A DNA stretch of 64,000 nucleotides, taken from the NCBI GenBank assembly GCA_963733195.1, contig CAVTCR010000062.1:32001-96000 (forward strand), in the 5' to 3' direction. Each line of letters opens with the position of its first letter. Within the stretch, counting starts at the first letter, position 1. Shown in pieces: positions 54,735 to 64,000 of this stretch. The notes beneath the pieces were generated by a model. The model had not been told where the DNA came from, made no database searches, and saw nothing but the letters and a program-made list of their open reading frames with translations. Made by a program: the position numbers and the translations under genes. This DNA comes from an uncultured delta proteobacterium. Its GTDB lineage: Bacteria > Desulfobacterota > Binatia > Bin18.

Positions 54735-55235
54735 ATGGCAGCAAGAGTAGCAAAAGCGGCACGAACAGCCAAAAAACCGGCGCACGGCGCAAAGAAGCCT
54801 ACACAGAAGGCTAAGAAAATGACTGCGCGCCCCTCAGTGCCTCGGCTTGTCAAAAAGGTCGTCGATCCAGGGTGGACTTGGGATGACCGTTTACCACTGG
54901 CCCAGGCCCAACAGATGGGCAACACGATCTACGTCTCAGGACAGATCGCATACAGCCCAGAAGGAAAGCTCGTCGGCGAAGGAGATATGAAAGCGCAAAC
55001 CCGGCAAGTGTATCAAAACATCAAAGACATCCTCGCCGCTGCTGGGGCTGACATAAGAGACATCATCAAGATCAACACCTACATTACCGATCAAAGTAAG
55101 TTCATGGACATGTTAGAAGTTCGGAAGGAGATTTTCGGCGACAATCCGCCGGCAAGTACGGCAGTCGTCGTCGCCGGATTAGCTTTCCCTGGGCTTCTGA
55201 TTGAGGTCGAGGCGGTTGCGATCAAAACAGTCTAG
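54735..55235 (+). CDS. Rid (YjgF/UK114) family protein with a Lys/Ala-rich N-terminal extension
   Basis: IYVSGQ, AQTRQ, PPASTAV.VAGL..PGLLIEVEA. Confidence 0.88.
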   Translation: MAARVAKAARTAKKPAHGAKKPTQKAKKMTARPSVPRLVKKVVDPGWTWDDRLPLAQAQQMGNTIYVSGQIAYSPEGKLVGEGDMKAQTRQVYQNIKDILAAAGADIRDIIKINTYITDQSKFMDMLEVRKEIFGDNPPASTAVVVAGLAFPGLLIEVEAVAIKTV

Positions 55236-55297
55236 AGTCTAACAGTCTAGAGTCGCATAATAGATTTTCCCTTACAGACTCTAGACTGACAGACCCG
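55229..55297. repeat. 7-nt periodic inverted repeat (TCTAGAG)
   Basis: gtctagagtctaacagtctagagtc ... cagactctagactgacagac; the same motif appears at 2781-2800 and 6060-6098 inside the STAND gene. Confidence 0.78.
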
Positions 55298-55428
55298 AGA
55301 CCGGCGACTTCGCTAGCGGCAACGTAAAGAAGAAAGTGCTTCCTTGACCAAGGGTACTTTCTGCCCACACCCTGCCTTTGTGGGTCGTGACGATGCAAAT
55401 CTGTAGAGAAAGAAAAACAAAAGGTAGG

Positions 55429-57150
55429 TTATTGCCGCCTACTCCGTAGTTGCTGTGTTTGTTCCCAATCGATCATTACCTTCTCTCCGAAAGCAACTCC
55501 ATACTGTTCGTGCGCAGCCGTAAGAGAAATATATCCGTTGATTACATCCTGCCGCACGAGTTCAGGATCTCGCTCGAAGGAGGAAAAAAAGCCGCCACCA
55601 CCAGGTAACCGGAGCGTCACTTTTTGTCCAGGTTGCAGTCGATATTGCGCTTTGGGGTGTGGATGGGTGCCATCGGATAAGAAGAAATCACCTAATGCTC
55701 CATTTTCTCCACCGGTAAACCCTAACGCTGGGAACTTCGTCCGATCGTACATCGCTGAGTGGATGACTGGTTCCTGCGAGCGCACCGACAGCACCATTTC
55801 TTGTCCGAGTCCGCCCCGGTACTTTCCCGGTCCACCAGAATCCGGCACCAGCGCTCGTTGCTCCATCACCAAAGGAGATACATTCTCGATAATCTCCGCT
55901 GGAACGCCTTGAATGCCACTTGGAAACGCAGTTGCCGAGATTCCATCCTTGTTCGGTCGCGCTCCCATACCACCGGACGAGAAGAAGACATAGGTAAACG
56001 ACTTATTGTTGATATCCTTGCCGGTAAACTGCGTGATCCAAATGTTTGCTGCGCCATCCGCTAACACCCGATCAGGTACCGCTTGCGCCAGCGCACCAAA
56101 TACTGCTGTCGAAAGAAAATGACCGACGATGTGCCGTCCACCGACCGGTGCCGGGAACTGACAGTTGAGAATACACCCCTCGGGAGCACTGATATGCACG
56201 GGCCGGAAACTACCTTCGTTGTTCGGCACGTGTGGAGAGACGGCGCATTTGAGTGGATACGTCGTGTAGGCAACACAATAAGCAAACGGTACGTTAATGC
56301 CACGGTCGCACTGCGGCGAGGTACCAGCGAAATCGACAAACAGTTCAGATCCTTTCACTGTTACAGCAATAGGGATCACGATTGGTTCATCGAACCCGTC
56401 GGTACGAATTTCGTGACGATAGGTTCCTTGTGGCAGCTCAGCAATCGCCTGTCGCATCGCCTTCTCTGATGTGGTTAGGATTGCTTCGGACAGCAAAGCA
56501 AGAGAGGCAAAATCATATTCGTCCATGAATTCGAGCAACTTCGCTCCACCGACTTCATTGCCACCGACCTGCGCCATCAGGTCGCCTTCGACCAATTCCG
56601 GTGTGCGCACATTTTGTTTGACCAGACGGAAGAGATCACGATTCGGCTCGCCTCGGCGAAACAGTTTCATAATCGGTACATAGATGCCTTCTTCAAACAC
56701 TTGACGCGCGTCAGCGCCTAACATGCGCCCGCCAACATCGACCGCATGGCAGGTATTAGCAAAGAGAGCGACCGGTCGGCCCTGACGAAAAATCGGCGTG
56801 ACCACCGTAAAGTCATTCAAATGTCCCGAGGTCAGCCACGGATCATTGCTGATAAGACTATCGCCTTCTTCCAGGGTTTCCCACGGATATTCCTTGAGAA
56901 AGTGGCGCACAGCCATTGCCATCGTATTGATATGACCCGGCGTGCCTGTCACCGCCTGTGCAATCATATTTCCTTGTACATCGAACACACCGGCAGACAG
57001 GTCACCAGCCTCACGTACGACTGTCGTAAACGACGCATTCTGTAATGCTGTCGCCTGTTCGTTGACAATCGAAATCAACCTATTCCATAGAATTTCGAGC
57101 GCGATTGGATCAATGTCTGCTAAAGTACTTTGCCGTTGGGGCGTTGCCAT
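55429..57150 (-). CDS. Hydantoinase B/5-oxoprolinase subunit
   Basis: [47 protein letters not shown]. Confidence 0.9.
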   Translation of the reverse strand: MATPQRQSTLADIDPIALEILWNRLISIVNEQATALQNASFTTVVREAGDLSAGVFDVQGNMIAQAVTGTPGHINTMAMAVRHFLKEYPWETLEEGDSLISNDPWLTSGHLNDFTVVTPIFRQGRPVALFANTCHAVDVGGRMLGADARQVFEEGIYVPIMKLFRRGEPNRDLFRLVKQNVRTPELVEGDLMAQVGGNEVGGAKLLEFMDEYDFASLALLSEAILTTSEKAMRQAIAELPQGTYRHEIRTDGFDEPIVIPIAVTVKGSELFVDFAGTSPQCDRGINVPFAYCVAYTTYPLKCAVSPHVPNNEGSFRPVHISAPEGCILNCQFPAPVGGRHIVGHFLSTAVFGALAQAVPDRVLADGAANIWITQFTGKDINNKSFTYVFFSSGGMGARPNKDGISATAFPSGIQGVPAEIIENVSPLVMEQRALVPDSGGPGKYRGGLGQEMVLSVRSQEPVIHSAMYDRTKFPALGFTGGENGALGDFFLSDGTHPHPKAQYRLQPGQKVTLRLPGGGGFFSSFERDPELVRQDVINGYISLTAAHEQYGVAFGEKVMIDWEQTQQLRSRRQ

Positions 57151-57443
57151 AGGAAATTCCTGCTGAGGATTTGCAAGTTACAATTCAAACGATTCCACAA
57201 GGACAAGATAAATCCCGCAATATAAATGAAGATGCCTTTTGGTTACCGTGTACCTCTTGGAACTTATTTTGCCCAATGTATCTGACTTTATCCGTCAGAT
57301 AAAGTGAAGAACAGAGAGGGCAACTAACCAAGACTCGTGGCACCCGCTGTCTCTTGTCTCTTGAATTCTTGCTTTAGGAAGACGCCTTGGGTTATAGTTC
57401 TACTTAGGCAAGCGGGTGGATCTCAAAGAGTGAGGAGGGACAC

Positions 57444-58988
57444 GTGGGAGCCAACGAAGATCAGAGAATTACTAGTTTTTATCGGGGACAACTGGAAGTT
57501 TTTGGAAAAAACGAGGAACCTGCCACGCTATTCTTTACTTGTTGGGAAAGTATTGCCCATATCGTTCTGAGCGTAACCGCCGCCTTGGCTCTCCAGGTGA
57601 TCCTTCTTGGTCGTCCCCATACAAGCGAAGCGCGAGATCTTACCGATGTCTTCGTCCAGGGGTTTTCCTACAACGCAGTCGGAAAGAATACTGCCCCAGC
57701 AGCAGCCCAATTTGCGCCTTTCTTCTCGGCGGCTGTGGCACAGGCAGTCACCCAGGAATTCCCGTATGCGTCGGTCTCTCCTGCCTTTACCTATCGTTAT
57801 AATCCAACATTGAGCGTATTCGAGCGCTCGACCAATGTTCCTGGGCCACTGTTCAGCGAGCGTTCGCTCACTCTAGGAAAGGGCCAATGGAACTTGGGTG
57901 TCGGTTATTCATTCGTCGACTTTGATGAATTGAATGGCACCGGCCTCCATTCCTTCACCAGTCCAGGGCTCCTACTAGAGGTGATCACTGATGAGGACGA
58001 CCTCGTACAACGACCCGATGGGCTGTTCCTGGCGCCGATTGCTACTTCTTCGTTGCGCACCAAGATAGACTTAAATGCTCATATTGTCGTACCAACGCTA
58101 CGGTACGGTATCACCGACAATTGGGATGTAACTATCAGTATCCCAATTGTGGATACGTTTCTTCGGGTCAGAAACGAATTCAAACGCGTTGCTGAAACCA
58201 ACCCTACGGCAGCGAGTGCTTTGGTCGAAAGGAATAGCCAAGGGGGATTCCAGCTCCGTGGAGTTGTCGATGGGCAAGGACAGCCGATCGCCAGTGCGTT
58301 TTCTATCCCTTTTGTAAAATCTCAGCGACCTACGTCCACCCTAGCGCGTGCGGCGGGGAGTAGCACTGGGGTTGGCGACATTGCCCTACGGACAAAATAT
58401 ACGTTCTGGCAGCAAGAGAGTGGAGGGGCGGCTCTGGGCTTGAACCTGCAGCTTCCCAGTGGAGATGAGGACAACTTTCATGGAACAGGGGATACCCATC
58501 TCAGTTCATTGGTGTATGTTTCTCAAGTACTCTGGGAGCGTTTTGAACCGCATCTGAACCTTGGAGTTGATTTCAACACGGGCGATGTTGGCCGCAGCAG
58601 TTTCCTCTACGCAGTTGGAGCCGGAGTGCTGGTGTGGAAGCAGCTCGGCCTGGTGGTGGATTTTCTTGGACGCAGTGAGTATAGTAAAAATTCCTTTCAA
58701 GTACCGCAGGATGCGACCTTCCCTGAGTCGTTTCTCACCAAACCAGCAGACCAGTGTACGCAAGCACAGCCATGCTTTCTTGATCGTACACGTGGGAACA
58801 ATGGAATCATCAATGCTCCATATTTACCTGCCAAAGTGAGGCGGAACGATTATATCGATTTCTCTTTTGGCTTCCGCTACGTACTCGGCACGCGAGGGTC
58901 CCTCTTCTTTGCTGGATTGATTCCACTGAATAATGACGGATTTCGCTCGGATTTCATTCCCTCTGGTGGGATTGAATACACTTTTTAA
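57444..58988 (+). CDS. Outer-membrane beta-barrel protein (phenol_MetA/transporter-like; start uncertain)
   Basis: GPLFSERSLTLGKG, YGITDNWDV...P, GVGDIALRTKY, LPSGDEDNFHGTG, C-terminal GGIEYTF. Confidence 0.75.
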   Translation: MGANEDQRITSFYRGQLEVFGKNEEPATLFFTCWESIAHIVLSVTAALALQVILLGRPHTSEARDLTDVFVQGFSYNAVGKNTAPAAAQFAPFFSAAVAQAVTQEFPYASVSPAFTYRYNPTLSVFERSTNVPGPLFSERSLTLGKGQWNLGVGYSFVDFDELNGTGLHSFTSPGLLLEVITDEDDLVQRPDGLFLAPIATSSLRTKIDLNAHIVVPTLRYGITDNWDVTISIPIVDTFLRVRNEFKRVAETNPTAASALVERNSQGGFQLRGVVDGQGQPIASAFSIPFVKSQRPTSTLARAAGSSTGVGDIALRTKYTFWQQESGGAALGLNLQLPSGDEDNFHGTGDTHLSSLVYVSQVLWERFEPHLNLGVDFNTGDVGRSSFLYAVGAGVLVWKQLGLVVDFLGRSEYSKNSFQVPQDATFPESFLTKPADQCTQAQPCFLDRTRGNNGIINAPYLPAKVRRNDYIDFSFGFRYVLGTRGSLFFAGLIPLNNDGFRSDFIPSGGIEYTF

Positions 58989-59011
58989 CTGTTCTCTGTA
59001 GGGAATATCGT

Positions 59012-60917
59012 ATGTACTTACTCCTATCTCTTCTCATTTCTGTTCTTGCACTCCTGTTGCAGCCTGCGGTTGGAGAGACCCAAGTACGGTTAGAGAATCC
59101 GGCACCGGGGTCATCACAGAGTGGGCTTGGGCTAATTTCGGGCTGGATCTGTCAAGCCACACGCGTGGACATTGAGATTGATGGACGAGCCACTTTCGAG
59201 GCTGCCTATGGCACAGCGCGGAGCGATACCCAAGGCGACTGTGGGGATATCAACAATGGCTTTGGGCTCCTGTTCAATTGGAACTTGGCTTGGGGATGGG
59301 TCAAATCACCGCGTGCGAGTGCTTAGCCGATGGGGTGGAAGTGGCCACGTTCGACCTTTGCTGTCACCACGCTCGGACTTGGACAATTTCCACAGGGATT
59401 AAGTGGGACGGGAACGATCACCAATTTCCCTCAGCTGGGCCACTCAACCCAGCTCCAATGGCAAGAGAGCTTGCAGAACTTTTCAATTATGAATCCGAGC
59501 GGGAACAGTAACGGGGATGGTAGCAATAGCCCTGGGGCGCGGTTAGAGAATCCGGCGCCGGGGTCATCACAGAGTGGGCTTGGGCTGATTTCGGGCTGGA
59601 TCTGTCAAGCCACACGCGTGGACATTGAGATTGATGGACGAGCCACCTTCGAGGCTGCCTATGGCACAGAGCGGAGCAGATACGCAAGGCGACCTGTGGC
59701 GCGGCCATACCAACAACGGCTTCGGGCTGCTGTTCAATTGGAACTTGGCTAGGGGATGGCACGAACCATCGAGTACGAGTGTTGGCCGATGGGGTTGAAG
59801 TGGCGAGTTCGACCTTTAGCTGTCACCACGCTCGGACTTGGACAATTTCCAGAGGGGTTAAATGGGACGGGAACGATCACCAATTTCCCTCAGCCGGGCC
59901 GCTCAACCCAGCTCCCAATGGCAAGAAGAGCTTGCAGAATTTCTCGAATCACGCAAGTCAGCCCTAGTGGCGGATACAGTTCACCAGAACTTACTACCTC
60001 GGGGACTGCTCGACTTCGGCAATGTGACAGTTCTGGAGAGTAGTGATCGGACCTTTACCGTGACTAACAGTGGTGGAGGAACCCTGACTGGTACTGCCAG
60101 TACAACCACTCCGTTTAGTATTGTGTCTGGCGGCACGATCAATTTAGGGGCAGGATCAAACGCAGACGGTGACGGTTAGCTTTAGTCCCGACAAGTCTAG
60201 GGCAGTTCAAGCGGGACAGTCGCGATCAGTTCAAATGGTGGTTCAGGAAGTGTTGCGGTTTCAGGAGTCGGGGAAGACAGGACCACAGGTAGTGGTTAGC
60301 CCAAGTGGTATATCGTTTGACGACACTCCAGTTGGGCAGAGTACGACTAAGACTTTTAATATAATAAACGATGGTGGTGGGACGTTAACAGGAAGTGTGA
60401 GTGCACCAGCCCCCTTTAGTATTGTGTCTGGTAGTCCATTCAGCGTGGGAGCAGGGCAAAGTCAGACGGTAACCGTCCGGTTTAGTCCAACCAGTGAGGA
60501 TTTTTCAGCGACTTTGCCACAGTGACTTCCAATGCCGGGAGTGCGCAAGTCACCCTTTCAGGAACAGGGACGGACTTACCACCCCAGTGCGAGGTGTCAC
60601 CAACCGCTTTAGACTTCGGCGATGTCGAGAGTGGTAAGATGAAAGATCTTTCCTTTACGATTACAAATAGTGGAGGAGGAGTACTAAACGGAGATGCGAG
60701 TATAGACTCTAACTCTCCTTCCTTTGCAATTGTGTCTGGAGCATCGTTCAATTTAGGTTCGGGGCAGAGTCAGGAGGTAGTTGTACGGTTTAATGCATCT
60801 GCCTTCATTGGAGGAGCCAGCGCAAGCGTTACCGTCTTTAGTTCCGATGATATCTGTTCATCGGTATCCCTCTCTGGGGTTGGTGTATGTCCACCTGGAC
60901 AGGTTTGTGCCCTCTGA
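59012..60917 (+). CDS. Secreted multidomain protein: two copies of an uncharacterised ~135-aa domain plus three choice-of-anchor-D/ASH Ig-like domains (multiple frameshifts)
   Basis: Signal peptide; LENPAPGSSQSGLGLISGWICQA twice; LDFG.V...FT.TN.GGG.L.G...PFSIVSG...Q.V.V.F three times. Confidence 0.75.
59087..59950 (+). repeat. Near-identical ~400-bp direct repeat (59087-59487 and 59540-59950)
   Basis: Both units begin cggttagagaatccggc.ccggggtcatcacagagtgggcttgggct and end near gcttgcagaa. Confidence 0.9.
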
Positions 60918-61051
60918 GCCAAGCAAGAAGGATAGACACGGAGCTCACCACATAATCTGAGTGGACAAACCAACAGAAGCGGAGTCGAACTCTTCCTAGG
61001 AGGTCGTAGGGATTCCTGGTGGGAGATCATCGTCATCGTCGAACGGTGGAA

Positions 61052-64000
61052 TCACGATAGTGCCTCAAGGAGGGCTTTCGCTTCTCGTAAATCCCCAGTC
61101 TCAAACCCTTCCGTGAACCAACCATAGATTCCCGCGAGTAGCTGGCGTGCATCCTCGGCTTTGCCTTGTTGTTGCCACAGGCGACAGAGACTCATGGTTG
61201 CGCGTAGTTCTAAGGACATGGCTTGCTGTTGGCGGGCTACCATGATTGCTTTATGGAAATACTGCTCAGCCTCTGACTCCAGTCCCGTATCCGTTGAGGC
61301 AAATAACAACTCCCCTTTGATTCGGTAAAGTTCGGCCTCCCACCATCGTTCACCACTCCGTTGTAGTTCAGGCACGGCAGTAGTCATAAGACGCAACCCC
61401 TCGGCTGCTTTTCCTGCCCGGCAATACATGTCAGCAAGCAGCAGTGAAGGCTGGCCAAGTTGATCGCTGCCGATCGCTCGCCAACCTGCAAGTCCTTGCT
61501 GCATCATCGCAATCCCTTCTTCAAATTGCCCTTGATCTGCTAACACCCACCCACGAAGGAACGTGCCACTTGCGAGCCACTGGGCAGACTCTCGCTCGGT
61601 CGCAATTGCAATAACTGCCTCTGCGCGTTCGAGTACCGCTTGATTATCGCGACACAGTCGATGGACCGCTGCCGCAAAGTATTGCGCCGCAGCGTCGCTA
61701 ATCGAAAGTTTGAGATCGTGTGCCAGTATCTGCGCTTCTTGACTGCGCTGCAGAGCCTGGTCTGGGTAGCCGAGGTACCACAACACCCACGCAAGCCAGG
61801 AAAAACTCGCTACGCGGGGGTCCATCCCAGTCGATAACCGATACACGAAGACTCTCGAAGTGCCCCGGTTGTTGTTGCCCTTTGTGCAAGGCCACGGCTT
61901 CTTCAAGATGCTCACGCGCCTCGCTGAATTGGCCGAGACGAAACGCCGAATAGCCTAACGCAAAGTGTGCCGGTAGGAGAACCTTTGCCTCTTGGAGCCC
62001 TTGGGTTAATCGCCGTAACCGTGCGGCGATCGCATGTGAGGTCTGATATTCTCCCCGAACACTAGTAAACCGCCACAAGCCCATAAGTACAGGAATAAGA
62101 TGGGGAGTTTCTTCCGCCTGTGGCAGCAACTCCTGAATCTGCGCATACACCTGTTCGACTTCAGAATCCCTGTACCCCTTACGCCCGCTGAGCGCGCCAC
62201 CAAGGACGATCAACAGTTGCAACTCCTGGTTAATTCGCGCCGGAGAGTTCGGTAGTGTCCGCAACAACTCTAACGCTTGAGCAAAGTGATTGCTTGCCTC
62301 GCTGCGGGCAGAACGTTGCATTGCTTGCTCGCCTGCACGTTGGAGGTATTCAACCGCTTTTTCGATATTGCCACTGCGGCTGTAGTGATACGCTAACTCA
62401 CTACATTGCTCTTCCAATGTCTGTTGAGAGTTTTCGCGACAACAATTTTCTTCTATTGCTTGAGCCGTTCGTTCATGGAGGGCCTTGCGCTGCTCGATCA
62501 AGACAGAATTGTAAGCAACATCCTGCGTCAGCGCATGCTTGAATGTATACGCCGATTCCGGGAACGCGACCTGTTCATAAATAAACTCTCCAGCTTGGAG
62601 ATGCGAAAGGAGTGTGAGCAGCTCTTCTTCGGGGATATTTGTGACTCGACGAACAAGACTAAAGGGAAAGTATTTACCAATGACAGCCAAGGTCTGGAGC
62701 AACCCCTTTTCTCCTGCACCTAAGCGGTCAATGCGCGCGGCGAGAATGCCCTGCACGGTCAACGGTAATTGAATCTCGGATAACGGTTTGGTCAGCAACG
62801 GAACCGGAAATGGCGCTTTGCCAGCACTGTTGCGCAGCAAAATTCCCTGATCAACCAACGATCGTACGATTTCTTCAAGAAACAGAGGATTCCCCTCTAC
62901 TTTTTCCAGCAAAAAATGCTTGATCGGGGCCAGGTCGGTACCGTTTCCCAGCAGCGTCGTCAACAACTCTTCAGCATCCCGTTGTCCCAAAGGATCCAGT
63001 CGCACTCGCGTATAGTAAGTTCGCCCACCCCAGTGATCTTGGTATTCAGGCCGGTAATTCACTAATAAGAGGATACGTGCAGTAGCAACGCTGTCACTAA
63101 GAAGATCGAGAAATTCTTGCGTCTCGTTGTCTAGCCACTGCAGGTCATCAAAGATCAGCAAAAGCGGCTGATTGAGACTCTCCCGTGAGAGGAGTCGTTT
63201 GATGGCTTCACGCGTACGACGCGCACGAGTTTGCGGGTCCATTTCCTGAAGGGTTGCTGTTTCCTCACCCGCTGAGAGCAAGAAGAGAATGTACGGCAAT
63301 GTATCTTCGAGACTGCGATCAAGCGTTAATACACGACCAGTGACTTTCTCGCGTCGTCTGCGCTCGTCATCTTGTGGCGTGATTTGAAAATAGCCTTTCA
63401 AGAGGTCAATCAATGGGAGATATGGATACGCCTTCCCATGCGAGACAGAAAACGTCTCCAAGACGAGGCACTGTTTCTGTACAAGCAATTTAAACTCATG
63501 ACACAGACGTGACTTGCCCACTCCTGGTTCGCCAATCACGCCAACGATCTGTCCATGGCTTTCTTTCATGAGGGCAAATGCGTGTTGCACTTGCGTAAGC
63601 TCATGCTGTCGCCCAACAAATTGAGATAATCCTCGTTTGGCTGCGACCTGCAGCCGCGTCTGCAGCGGTCCAACACCAAGAACTTCGTAGATAGGAATGG
63701 GTTCGTTCGCACCTTTCACCGTCGCGGCACCAAGGGTTTTACAGTCAAAATACCCGTCAACCAGCTTATGGGTGTGTTCGCTGATGATAATTGAGCCAGG
63801 CGTAGCCAGGCTTTCCATACGCGCCGCAAGGTTAGTCGAGTGACCAACGGGCACATAGTCAGTATGGAGATCATCCGTCCGAATGGACCGGACTACTACT
63901 TCACCGGTGTTGATTCCTACCCGAATCTGTAACGGTACGCCGCCCTCTAATCGTAGCTTGTCAGAGTAGCGTTGCATCTCCTCCTGCATCCGCAGAGCAG
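61052..64000 (-). CDS. Adenylate/guanylate cyclase + STAND ATPase + TPR protein (5' end outside window; frameshift near 61830)
   Basis: IRVGINTGEVV, STNLAARME, GEPGVGKS, DDLQWLD, FKHALTQDVAY, WFTEGFETGDL. Confidence 0.9.

Noticed and set aside
55329-55385. Two hairpins (agaaagtgc..gtactttct; cccaca..tgtggg) as a possible ncRNA
   Set aside because: They lie between convergent genes and are adequately explained as terminators; no family motif recognised
59087-59950. Diversity-generating retroelement template/variable repeat pair
   Set aside because: Differences between the units are not adenine-specific, both lie within one CDS, and no reverse transcriptase is present

Overview
A 64-kb bacterial chromosomal segment of moderate GC. 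Gene content and the rRNA genes suggest a 'Deltaproteobacteria'/Ca. Binatia-like lineage (inference, not a database placement). It contains a 16S-tRNA(Ile)-tRNA(Ala)-23S operon on the minus strand with no adjacent 5S gene, housekeeping genes (gltD end, grxC, nuoF/nuoG, rsmA, tsaD, PBP1B, cysK, larE, tldD/pmbA, gshA, ndh, dacA), two toxin-antitoxin pairs and three paralogous adenylate-cyclase/STAND-ATPase/TPR genes or fragments. At least ten genes, including essential ones, carry 1-nt frameshifts, which are most simply explained as long-read indel errors. The most notable features are: (1) a PrdB/GrdB-family selenoprotein missed by the ORF track, with an in-frame UGA in a UxxC motif and a clear SECIS hairpin; (2) a family of short palindromes and 7/8-nt periodic inverted repeat arrays that fill intergenic gaps and also sit in frame inside proteins (tsaD, a hybrid kinase, the STAND proteins); (3) a PEP-mutase/phosphonopyruvate-hydrolase-like enzyme with a non-canonical active-site loop fused to a cytidylyltransferase, next to a single-domain class II terpene-cyclase-like protein; (4) a sigma-54 promoter upstream of two tiny membrane proteins, divergent from a GAF-type enhancer-binding protein.
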